DNA of 64,000 nucleotides from Lingula anatina (taxonomy: Eukaryota > Animalia > Brachiopoda), in the NCBI GenBank assembly GCA_051362555.1, contig CM120643.1, forward strand, positions 19,472,848 through 19,536,847. Direction: 5' to 3'. A program made the translations under genes and the position numbers. Under the pieces are notes generated by a model. That model saw nothing but the letters and a program-made list of their open reading frames with translations. It was not told the origin of the DNA and did no database searches. Below are positions 11,701 to 24,800 of the stretch, piece by piece. Positions within the stretch are counted from its first letter, which is position 1, and each line of letters opens with the position of its first letter.

Positions 11701-14700
11701 AGGGCTTTGGAAAATAAGGTAACTGTACCGTGGTTAATAACATAATAACGTTTTGATAATGACTTAGGTTTACAAAATGATGTATGTACAGAAAAAGATG
11801 TATACATTTAACTTGAGCTGATTATGGTTGTAGGAGGTGGGGATGTTTTTCGGGGGTCAGAGATACCCACTGTATTTGGATTTTAGGCTAAATATGAACA
11901 TACGTAAAGAATGAAGAAAGGGGGATCTTAGTAATTGTGGTACTACTAATGTTGTATTGGGATAGCAAGTAGCCACATAAAAGTGAGCAGACATTCTTAG
12001 GCTAATAACATAATTATGATGAATGAGCAAATATGGCATTGAACAGCCCCGTCACCTCTGTGTTGCACTAAATAATATTTCAATACTTTTTCTCCTTGCC
12101 ACATATTGTCTTGGACATTTTACCTCTATTGTTTCAGTGGCTGTTGTTATAAAGTCCCACTATCTTTGGAGAAATGACATTTTTTTCTGATAGGATATCC
12201 TCTGCCTTTAATCCCCCCACCCCCACCCCCATCTCTTCCCTCAACCTTTACTGCAGAAATAGTAGACAAAGGTTAAGGGAGGTTGTTCCATCAACTTTAC
12301 CTTAGCCAAGTACCTTTCATATATTCATTTTTTTATTTGACAATAACTCCATTTTAAGTGCAGACTGTCTGCACTGGCAGGCAATGTAAGAGAAACTCAT
12401 CCATAAGCACTATCCACTTTGGTTTTCCACTGATACTGCCTTAGAGCCGAATACAGCAGGTAGAATATCAAATTGATCAACTTGTTATTTAGTTGTCCTA
12501 GTCCAGGTTAAGCTCAGTAATATATCTTTGTAAATAGATATATGTCTTTCCAGACAGCTATGTCCCAGAGGATTGTCTCAAGGAAATTACTTATTCATGT
12601 GTTAAATTTTGTTTGTTGATTTATTTGAGTTGGGTTATAGTACATTTTTCAATTTTTTAAACAAGGTTTATTCCAAGAAAAGGAGACAAATCAATTCTAG
12701 CGTTGCATGCTCCCCTTTTACCCTCCCTATATTTTACAGTAATAAAAACCCAACATATATCATGTGACACTCACATGCACACACGCACACACACACACGC
12801 ACACACAGTATGTACTGGTAGCAGTGACCTGGACTTGGGCAATGTTCAGAGGCCAAACTAAGACAACAAAGTACTACAAGTGGATTATCATACATATAGT
12901 GTTTGTCTGGTGGTCATTTTTAAGACAGAAATGTCTGAACTGATGTGAACTGGCCATCCTGTAGGTGAATGTGGAAATTGCTTAATGGCTGTGTCCTCTC
13001 TATGCTCAGCTTCCACCCCAGTACAGTACAAGGGTGGCAGTAGGTTCATTTTAGGATCTACTTTCTCTTTGCCAATGTCTGGATGACTTTACGTAGATTA
13101 ATACTGACTTACACCTATTGACCTTCTTGGAGCATAAGCCACCAACAGGATCTCTCCACCCCCCACCCCCCCTGTAGTAGCCACATCATAATTTTGCTGA
13201 TGATCAATGAAAAGTTTGGGTAGCAAAATATTGTACATAATTTCCTTTAGCCAAATTGGATTGCTAGTAAGTTATTTGATATTTAACTAATATAATACTT
13301 TGGCAAAATCTTTATCGAAGAATGCTTTCAGAAATTAAAAAAAGACATGATTTTGACCTTATGTGAAGTGTGCTTGTGAAGATCTATCACTTTTTTGCTG
13401 ACATTTATTACAAAAAAATGGGTGCAGGTTCACGTGAACATTATAAAAAAGTGCTGAGGTAAACAACTTTTTTCATGATGAATGTGATCGGTAAAGTTAT
13501 TGTTACATTACTAGTAGAAAGAAATGTTCCTATTTTTTCCAGATCCTTAACTAAATATATATACTAGTTAAGTGAAGACATGTTGTAGATATTTGGAATA
13601 TGAATTAGCAGACCATTTTATTTATGTTAAAATGTGCAGTAATGTTAAAATGTGCAGTAATACATTATACATGAAGTCACTGCTCTATATGGATTTCAGA
13701 AAACCCAGTGCTAAGTATATTTGCCAACAGTTCTCTTATTATTTATTTAAACTGAATTTTCCAGACATATGCTTTTCTATGATATATGTTTGCTTCTACT
13801 GTAGCCGTCCATAGAACCCTCTTTGATTTCAAGACTTTTATCAAATTATTTTTTCTTTTTAATTTTTGAGGCTTGTACCGTTTGGGGTTTACGCTATAAA
13901 AATGAGCCATTGGATGACAAGGATGACTGTTATCCAAAATGCCATCATTTAATTTTAATCACAGTTATTTTTATTTCCAGATTACTCCAGTCATAAGTAT
14001 AGATGGCGAGACCCACTTAGTCTGTCCAGTTTGCCAAGAGGAGCTGATGTCTGAATCTGACCTGACAGCTCACATCCGCCAAACCCACAATACCCCCAGT
14101 ACTGCTAGTAAGGCCTCTTCTCGTGCATGCCTGGTGTGTGGGAAGGTGCTTAGTTCCCAGAGTTCCCTGGATAGACACGTCTTGGTGCACTCTGGTAAAT
14201 ATAGTTACTAACACTGAGGACCTTTTCACATTGAGTGGTATACTTTACTGGTGCAGTCACAATCGGTCCACTTTTATAGGGGGTTACATGTAATTATACT
14301 TTATCAAGGTTTGCTGCCTTTCATAAGTGCTCCACAAGTTTGCTTCCTGTTGAAAATTTTTAAAGCTAATTAATTAGCCCTATTGAGCAAAGGTGATATG
14401 CTTAGCTGGCTCTCTTACATATTGTGACTAGCTAGGCTGTAAGGGTGCTTTCACAATGAAACTATAGTATAACTTGGACTGATCCAACTCCAAGGGGAAT
14501 TTTGCATTTGGTCGCACTCAAAACTAAGTGGAAAAGCTTCCAGGAGCCACATGAAACAGGGGCGGATATAGGCCATCTTCATTGTCTTCCGGAAGACGGT
14601 TAGATTTTCAAGTTTACATTGACAGGTATTTAATTTTTTCTGTTGGAAGACAGTCAAAAATGGAGGATGGATCAACAAAGATAATTTGGAAGACTGTCAG

Positions 14701-17700
14701 AAAATATCTCTGGATCCGCCCCTGTGAAAGTTGATCACATCCTAGCTGCTCTAGGAGATGTGTCATTCCGTTAATCTGATTGAATTCAGCAAGTGTCCGT
14801 GCGAAGTTAGAGCGATCTACTTAGTTTCATTGTGAATGGAACCTAACAGCTTAGCTAATATGTAAGAAAGTCACCAAGAAACAGAACATCTGTGCTCCAT
14901 AGGGTACAGTTGCTGCATTGTGAACACACCTTTCAAATGCCCCTCTCCCAAAGTGGACTGGTCCAGTGAAGTGTACCCCCTAATGTAAAAAAGGACTAAC
15001 ATACAAGGCTCGGGTGCATTCCCAAACTGAAACCAATCTGAACAAGATGTATCCTCCCATGCCCCAGTTGATTTCCAAATATTGTGATGTAATTGTCTGG
15101 GGCAAACATTGACAACTCTGAAGGTCGGGTACGTACTAAGGCCCCGTGTGCTTGACACATCCCACTGGACCTCAGACAGTTAAACAGCTGGTAATATGGT
15201 CCAGGTGTCTGGTGACATCTCTGAGAGTCGGACTGGTTTAAAAGTTCATTCGTCGTCCCTGCAGGGGCACAGTAATTAAATGTCAGCTCCATTCGACCAG
15301 ATGCGTGGGGAGGCGTGTGAGAGGCAGAGAGACCATTACAGGATTAAGCGGTCTTCCTTTCAAGTAGGCTCCACCATATTTGAGCCTTGGACCAGTTGAT
15401 ACTCATATCTCCTATAGATTCTGAATGGTCCCTTAGAGAGTCGGACTGGGTTAAAAGTTCATTGCATTCATTAACGGTCTGGTGCTGGTGGTCTAGCTTA
15501 AACATATATGTTATATATAATATACATACTTAGTCTGCAGATATGCTTACTTTTTCTAACCACAGGAAGACTGTATAACAGCTCATGGCTTACTTAATTA
15601 CAAAAGGATTAGGTGAGACAACAGGGAGATATAAGATTGGTTGTTAATGGTGACAAATCTGAATCAGTCTGCTATGATGGTTTGGTATAAGTTAAGACAT
15701 CACAAGTGTACTATAAATTTATCTTTTAAGAGTTAAAACTCATCCTCAGATTGCCTATATAGATAGCTTGATAGACTGGCTGTGGAGCAGTAAATTGAAA
15801 TTTTTAAAGGGGTCAAGTGTTTCAGAATGTTTAAAATAGGGGTCCTTAGAGTATAGTCTTTACTATTTTCAACATTTTTTCTACACTTAATTGACTGGAA
15901 TTAGATATGGAATTGCCACAGAGCAGGGCACTCTTTATATTAGAGTGAATTAATATTGGACATTAACTTTTAAAACCATATCTCTTGTAGTCTGCATTGT
16001 GTTTGAAATATTATCTCTGAAAGAAAAATCATACACATTTTTTGTCCCTACTGGAATATTCTTGTCAAGGTCACAGCTGAATAGTAAAGCCTGAAGATGA
16101 GCAACTCACTGATATATGAAGTGAGGTCACCGTGGAGATATAATTTTTTTCCACTAGGCAGGAGTTGATTTCTTCTTTAAGAAATACATGGAAGTAGGGG
16201 AGGAGGTTATAGTCTACCAGTGATGGATACAGAATTGATCACCGTAAACCTCTGTATCCAATTCATAGTCTGCTTCAAAACTAATAAAAAAAAAAGAAAA
16301 GAAAAACTAGAAAAAACACTCAGAGAGTTCAGACCTCCACTGAGACATAGAGTTAACCAATGTTTATTCATTATTTCATGAATGGATCATCACCAATTTG
16401 AAATTTCTTATCACCTTTATACATTTCTGACCTTTCCTGAAAATTTTATCAAAATCCCTCCATACCTTTTTGAGTTAAACGTGTGATGGACAAACAGACA
16501 GACAGACAGACAAAAAGAGGTGAAAAATACCTCCTTGGTGGAGTAAATGACAAAGAGACGAATGACATTGATGTTTGAGTATAATCTGATTTCTTATTGA
16601 CCTCTGTCAGATCATGGACTGGTAGGTTGGGTCACTTGAGGACACTGGAATTTGCTCTTTTAAAGAACTACCTGGGTCATTTTGGTTCATACATTTGTTC
16701 TACATATCACAAATGGCAGAGAATTTTTAATGTTACACTGCAGAGGTCATATATAAGATATTTGGTTATTACTAGAATCTAGTAGTAGATCTCTTTAATG
16801 GGGGGGAAAACAGTAAATTTTACAGATTTTGTATTTTTATGTCATAATCTATTTTTAAATTAGAAGATTTTTATTGGCTGGTAGCAACAAAATTAAAAAT
16901 CAGGCTACTCTATAGTTCTATTTTGTGCAGTAAAAGAACCACAAATACTAAATAGTTATATAATTTTGTGATTATAAAATTATGTATTTGAAAGTTTGAT
17001 CATTTTTGCCCATTGAAAAGATTGAGCCATTGCCGTTTGTTATGAAACTGGTGCTGTTGCTAGTATGAGGTTAATGTCTGTTTATATTTTACATGCTTCT
17101 ATGCTTTGTGCTTTGGTTTTCATATGAGATGTGAGCCTGGGATGTGGATCTCTTCCTCTGAAGGATTTTATTTATTCTCTTGATGAAATCATTGAAAGTT
17201 GCTGGATATTGTGAAAAAATTTAAATGAAGGACATTCCATGGTTTTGCTTGAAATAGTTATATGTGTAATTAAGTAAAATTAGCACCAGGGAAGGTGAAA
17301 TGGGGAACTAGTGCTCTCCTGTTTTTTTTTTTTTTTCAAGCAGAATGAAAGTTTAGAAGTTTGTTGGATTTTGTAAGGTTCTCAAACAAGGACATAGTGT
17401 GGGTTATGGAGAAGGCAGATGGTCTACATAAATATATTCATTTTCTGGTCTCAGCATATTCCACAAGTATTTTATCTTCAGCTGATGGCAGTAGCAAAAA
17501 TTATAGATACTGACGTAAATAGAGGCAGTGAAAAACGTATTTTGAACCTAGGCAACTATGTAGATCAGATAGATTTTAATGACATGAATAAAATTATTTT
17601 GTATTTGCGTGGGGCTTTTATTGCTTGCTGATTTTTTTCTAACCCTGGATATGGTGACATTTATGCTTGTAGACTTATTTTGAGTGCTTGTCATTTTTTT

Positions 17701-18783
17701 TTTTTTTTGGTTTAGAAATAGAAAACAAAAAGTCAAAAGGGTTTGTTTTTCAGTAGTATCAGATAAAATGTCATAACATCATGAATACATAGAAGGTGAT
17801 GGTTGTTATAGTTCAGTTATTGTGCATAGGGTGATGGGATCAGTGGTGACCATTGATACTGTTCACAAGTTAGGGACTATTCCCACAGATATTTGGATCG
17901 ATCTATCTCCCTGGGGAGTCTCACTTAATTGCTATCAACATAACCGGCTTAAATGTCTGTCACGCCTATTAAAACTGTTGGGGAGTAATTATCTTTACCC
18001 CCTAGCTGATTTGGTGGGCGTGACAGACATTAAAGCCTGTTAAGTTGATAACAATTTAGTGAGACTTCCCAGGGAGTTAGACTGATCCAGTAGGATTGAT
18101 CTAGGCATGGGATCCCAGTCTTAGATAAAACAATAGTCAATGCTTGATTGGACACCCTTGCAGATATATGTATATTTATATAATTAATATATAAGACAAC
18201 ACTGTGCCAATATTTACATAAACACAAGTGATGATTTCATTATTAATTTGAATGTCAAAAACAAAGAGTAGGAATGATTTATACATTTCAGTTTTTGAGA
18301 TAAGACAAATTGCTAGTACTATATTATGCTGAAGCAAGAAGGAAAAGAGTTGCTTTAAAATTAGTGTTAAGTGTTTTTTTTAAGCTTGAAACACAGTTAT
18401 TTAATGGTTAATAAGGAAAAGAAATTATGTCAAAAATGGCTTGAAATTTTTGGTTTTTTATGTCAAAAATCGAGAGAGAGCTATTCAAGAAACTTTATAA
18501 AAATCCTTATAGATGTTTGAATATTTTTGCACTTGGGAAAACAAAGAGTGTATTAATAAATTAACCAAAGAGGTATGTTTTTCATAGATTGTTTGGATCA
18601 TGTTGAGCAAGTTTATAAGGAATATTCTACCACACATTTCTGTATTCTTCTTGACTGCATCTTTTCAGTCTATATTAAAATACCAAAGAAATCCAGTATT
18701 GTTAGATTCTACCTTAAGAGACATTTAATATTGTGCTTTATTACTCAACACAATTATGAAGGTTGAATTCTTCCTTCCTTCCT

Positions 18784-18823
<40 letters not shown>

Positions 18824-21800
18824 ATGGTCTTTTCTTTTGGAAAATATTTGTGTTGCACAGAATGCATTGTTTCACTAAATATAATAGTTATTAAGATCAT
18901 TGAATTATGTTTATTTAGCTGTCTTGTGTGTTTAGCATTTATGCATGTTTAAACAAAAAGTTGAAAAACAGACCTAGTTACTAGTATGATATTTTGTTAA
19001 ATTATGCATGAATGTCCAACTTGATTTTGATGTTAAAATATTTCAAATGTGTCTTACAGGTGAACGACCTCATCGATGTCACCTGTGTGAGCAAGGTTTT
19101 ACCACCAGGGGGAACCTCAAGCGCCATCTGAAAACTCACCAAGATGCTCCCGATCCACCACTCCTACCTCAAACTGACAAACCTGGCAGGGACAACGAGT
19201 TTTCAAAAAAGACCACACCAAAACCCAAACTATCATCAAAAAAGAAAGAATCATCAACCCTTACTAAAAAGAGGAAAGCAGTCAATTTAATCCAGCAGGT
19301 AAACAAAGAACAATCAGTAGGCGGAGCTTCCAATCAAGAAGAACTAGGGGGAATGGAGGCTAACCCAGTGGTTTTATCAGAGATTGAGTCATACTGTAAA
19401 ACTTCAGCTCAGGAAAAAACAAAGACAGCGACTAAAAAATCCAAAATTTTAGGCCAGTTGAATACAAGTGCAATCAGAAAGCCGAAGAATTTGATCAAGA
19501 CATTGGATAAAAATCGACCTAATATTTCTAAGAAGAAGAAAAAATTGAATGCTCTTGGGAAAATTAAGAAAATAAGCACTCCCTTTCACAAAGTTGATGG
19601 TAAACCTAAGGCAACAAAAACCAGAACAGCAGCTAAAGCTACCTCAGTGAGAGTGCCTCCTTCCAGTAAAATCAACCAAGCGGTTAAAAGTAAGAACATC
19701 AGCAAAAAACAGTCAACCTCTGACTCTGATAACAAAAAGCGAACAAGCCCAAGATCTCAGAAAGTGAAATTGGAACAGGATGATGATTCCACAATCGTTA
19801 CCAACTCTGAAACCAGTTCTGTGGCTGAGGAGGGCACATCTGCTTCAGACCAAGGTTCCTCTGTATCAGCCTACCTTAAAGCTGTCATGCCTCTTAGAAA
19901 AAGTCCACGCATACCAAAATACACAAGCTTCACAGAATTTGCCTTCTTCCCCAAGCCTCGTAGGGTGGGTGTCACCAGAAAAGAAAGGGAAGAAAAAGCC
20001 CCTAAGCAGGTTAAAAAGGTTCTTGTCACAGCTGAAGTGAGAGGTGCAGCAACTGTGACAACTTTGAAAAAAGTGAAGAGGCTTTCCACGGCTAGCCCAA
20101 CCCTTCTGAAAAAAGCGCTAACGACAACAAATGAAGTGAAGTCAGCGAAAATGACACGTGCTAAGTCGGCCAGAGAAGTAACTCCTATGGAAGAGAGCCA
20201 AGAGAGCTCGACCCCATCCAAACTCTCTGACGCAGATGTAGATGACAGCAGCAGAGGGTCCACGTCATCAAGTCTGAAAAGAGGAAGTAGCTTTGAGAGA
20301 GAGGTGCAGTCTGGGAAAAAGAGGCGGGTCAGCTTTGAAGGTGTTATTTTGCCTCAGATAAAGCGATACGGAATACTAGAGGGATCGGTACCGCTGGTTT
20401 CTCCATCCAAACGGCAGTTAGAACGGTTAGCCAGTGCTCTTTCCGAATCTGAAGCCAAAAGGAGACTTGAGATGGTAAGTGAGACAGGTGAAAGCAACTG
20501 TAATGTAAAATATCCAAAAGAAAATTTCAGGGGATTTCATAGAGAAGCTTAGATATATTATATTTGAAATGTAAATACATGCAGCATTTCACAGTTTTAT
20601 AAATAATTTTGGAGTGCAGAAATATCATGCCTTATAATTTGCTTTAGATTGATCAAGTGATATTTTGCTCAAGTTTTATGATTACGTTATTTTCTGAAAA
20701 TGTTGATTAATTGGGTTGAGGTAAAGCATAGGAAAAATTAAGTTATGAACTAGATCCGATTACCTACAAAACAAAAAGTAAATTCATCACCTGTAAGACT
20801 TTTTAAATCTGCTGTTGATAGAGCACATTGGTTGTGGTTGTTTTTACTGCACTAGAAAAGTAGGAAATTTTACCTTACTAATCCAATCAGTTGGGAAGTC
20901 TGAATCAGTTTCAGGTTAACACTTAAAAAAACCCAGTCATTTAAACAATCAGTTAACAAGCTATGATGAATGACATCCTAAATCAACTGCTGTAAATGAT
21001 TTATGCAACTGGTGAGACTGCCCTGTCTGATGTAAATTGTTGATATTGTGAGATATTGATTTAGAGAATTTGTTCTTTGTAGCAAATCTCAGTCGGGGGT
21101 CCTAGGTTGATCTTTTCTACACAGACCACTGATTCGACATTATTTTGACAGATAGATCTCTGATATATTTGGATGTGCACTGACAGTACTCAGTCATTTC
21201 TATAAAGGTTTTGTTTGATGAAAATTTCCCATTTCCTGCATTTATGTTTTGTGTCTGCAATAGTTGCAGTTTACAGAGAACGTGTACAAAATGAAAAATT
21301 GTCTGTCTGACGGATGGGGTGAATTAGTTGTTATGTTTTTTATATAAAAATGCAAATCCCTGATTAAAGGTTGTAAATGAGTTGTTTGAAGTTAAAATTT
21401 ACAAAATTAATCATTGCAGTTAGGAATGTCAGAGCGCCAAAAGTTATATGGTAAAATACTTCTTCCGGTTTAAAAAAAAATTATAATAGTTTATAATCAA
21501 AATTGTTACTTTAAAAAATCTTTGTTTGTAGTAATGTTTTTCAAAAACTAATAACCCACTGTTTTTCACTGCAGGATATGGGCCAGAAGCAGATCCCAAA
21601 CAACATCCTCCACTGCGGTGTGTGCAGGAAAATTTTCCTTTCCACCTTTGGGCTTCTGACCCACTTGGAGTCGCACCCAAATTATGCAATTCGTTGCAAA
21701 ACATGCAACCTGGTCTTCATGAACCCGAGGGGCCTTACCATGCACAAACGCATGGTCCATAACAAGAGTAAAATGGGGTTGGAGGAATTTGGAGCCCATG

Positions 21801-24800
21801 GTATCAAACCTGCTGACATCCCTGTTGGGTTCTTTGATTTGTCCTTCGCAGAGTTTTCTACGCAAAAGTTTCCGTTGGTTGCTAAAGCATGGTGTGAGGA
21901 GCACCAGAGGGTCTCCAGTAGCGCATTTCATAACTTCACGTGCAATGTCTGTCAGAAGTCGTTCCCGTGTGCGAGTTCATTTGAGCTTCACAACCAGACG
22001 CACACGGAGATTACGAGGTCAAAGTGCACCCAGTGTGGCACGGATGTGGAGACTCATGTTGCGTTGTTGATACATGAGCTGAAGCATAAAGATGTCACTT
22101 GTGTGAATACTGCAGGTGCGATCGCAGATAACAATAGTGCGAATGCTGAAAAAAATAGTGCAAACAATCCTGTGAACACAGACAATGGCCCCAACATAGA
22201 CATTGAAGATGGAACAAGTTTGAACGCTGATGATGTCCATCTAGATACAACTAGGGATGATATAGGCACTGTTATTAGAAATGTGAATATAGATTCCAAA
22301 AATGTGCCCTTTGAAACAGGTGCTGAAAATTCAATCCCTGGAAGCGACAGGAATGATGGTGACAGTTCAGTTACCGAGAGTCAAATGTTTGATACTACCA
22401 CGGAGGCAGATGTGGCCTCTGATGGGGAAGGTATGAATAAGGATATTCAATCTGAAAACTTGAAAACATCCACCACAGATAGCGAAAGTGTAGAAGCACT
22501 AGAGGATGGTGATACACAAGAATCTTTGATAATATCACAGAGTAGAGAAAACACTGTTGAAAGAAGCAGTGATAGCAATGATGATCAGACATCCAGGGAT
22601 AATAATGAAAATAAAGGTTTTCCAAAAGTCCGGGATAAGATGTCACTTGACATTACAGTGTGTGAAAACGAGGATGACACCCAGAAATTGAATATAACAA
22701 ATTCTGATAATTCCAAAAAGGAACAGGAAGTAGTATCACTGGAAAATGAAAATGATAACAAATCGGTGAGCTCCGGCGTGGACTTGTCAGGCCATGGACA
22801 GGATCCTAGCTCTGGTGAGGACATGGACAGAAATGAAAATTCTGATTTGATCTCAGCACAGCAAGAAGATACTTCTACTGAAAATGTATACAAGGAGTGC
22901 TTTATGGCAACTCTTGAACTGAACTCCTCCTCTCTTGAGTATGACAGAGTAGAGGTGGACAAAATGACATACCACACCAGACGTCCTGATTTTGGAATCA
23001 GCTGCTACTACCAGTTACTGGACACGTTGGACATGGCAGACATTAAAGCCATGGAGGTTGAGCTTTCGGGGCTTCCAAGGGACCACTCAAGGGGTAATGG
23101 AAAAGTGGATATTGTGGATACAAGCGAGGAATCCCAGGATTCTTACGATTTTGCCGAGGTCCAGGATGTGATCCGAACAGCTGTGACTGCCACAGCAGGG
23201 TTGCCACGACTGTCACCAAGTCCAGCCCCCCTGGATCCCCCCAGGTCGCCCCCTCCAGAGATGCCCACCCTGCGCCCCATGTCTCCTGTACCCCCTCCAC
23301 GATTAACCCCAGCGCCCCCTCAGCTGAACCCTGTCCCCGAGGATGAGCTGGACACACCAGCCCCTTTAGACTCCCTGATCCCTCCTACCCTGGCAGACTC
23401 CTCTGCTCCTAATTCTCCGCCCACCTCTCCTTCCCCTCCCTCAGTGTCAACATCCCCATTTCCACCAAATGTACCATCCCCCTCAGACTCCTCATCCACT
23501 GCCCCGCCCACTGTCACACCCATAGCCCCGCCCACTGCCACACCCACTCCTCCCAGCCCCCCTATGAATACTGATGCCATTGTGATGCCTGTGCTAGTGA
23601 GGCTCAACAACCCATTCCTTGGAGGTCAGTTGGTCAGAATGAGGTTACCCTGTGGTCAGTGCTCGGCCGTAATGGACAGTCCCAAGGAACTAGAATGTAA
23701 GTGCTTGATGCTTTTCTTATATTTTGTTTTGTAAATATTAATTTGTATTTCTTGTCGGTTGATATTTTGGCAGTATCTTATCTGCTGCTTTAGTGAATAA
23801 GTGTGGGACATTTGTGTCTGTCTGAATATCTGGTGTGTAGGTGCATGCACATGCATTTGCTAGGCTAAACAAAAAATGACAGTCCTGCTATTTTATCAAA
23901 AGATGGATTTAAAAAAAGAGTGTTTGGAATTGACTTCTGCTTTTTCAAATATGGGTCTTTTATTTGAAAAAGTCGCTGACCTTATTTATCACCTCTTCTG
24001 AAATAAATGTGAAAATACATATTGTGATCATCATCATTATTATTATTATAATCATCATCATTATCATTTGCTTCTATCTTTTTCATACGTACTTAAAAAA
24101 ACAGTTATGTAAAAAATACATTATCACTGCCATCATAATCATCATCATCATCATCATGATTTTCCTGCTTTCCTTTCCTCCTGTACATCCCCCCCAAAAT
24201 AACTGTGTTCACACATGTGAGGATCATAATCATTATCATCATCATATACTGCCATCCATTGATTTTGTATATTTGTGCCGCATACTAAATAAACCTTGAG
24301 ATCTGTATGATACAGACATTTATTCAAATACAGTGATTGTCTGAAAGCAGTAAGAATGTACGGACCTTTTCAGTGGCTTCTCAGGACTACAGTTGGAATT
24401 TTCAAACATGCTCCTTGCTAAGTTATTTTAGATATTTTCCAAATTTCTCCAATTTTTATGTCACGCTAGTGAAAAGGGTATATTTTACCCACTATGAAAG
24501 ATGAATACCTGATCTGAAAATAATAAATTTAATATATCTCACATTTTTTGCCAGTCAGAGTATCATATGTTTTGACTCAATTTCTACCCCCAGTATCCAT
24601 ATTTCTTCCCCATATCGATTTAATGAACTTTTCTTTCCCCCACAAAAAAAATTAGGTAGAGATATAAATCCATATTATGAAAATTCCTTAAGTTGCGAAA
24701 AAGGTGAGGTGGGTGGAAAAAGTGACAAATAAAGCAAGCTGTGAGGGGATTTACATTTTACATTAGTAAAAGCTCCATTGAGGAGTGTAAAAAGCTGAAT

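Noticed and set aside
14871-15480. Two overlapping minus-strand ORFs and a duplicated gagagtcggactgg block
   Set aside because: Probably a decayed retroelement 3' fragment; no recognisable domain, and too weak to classify.
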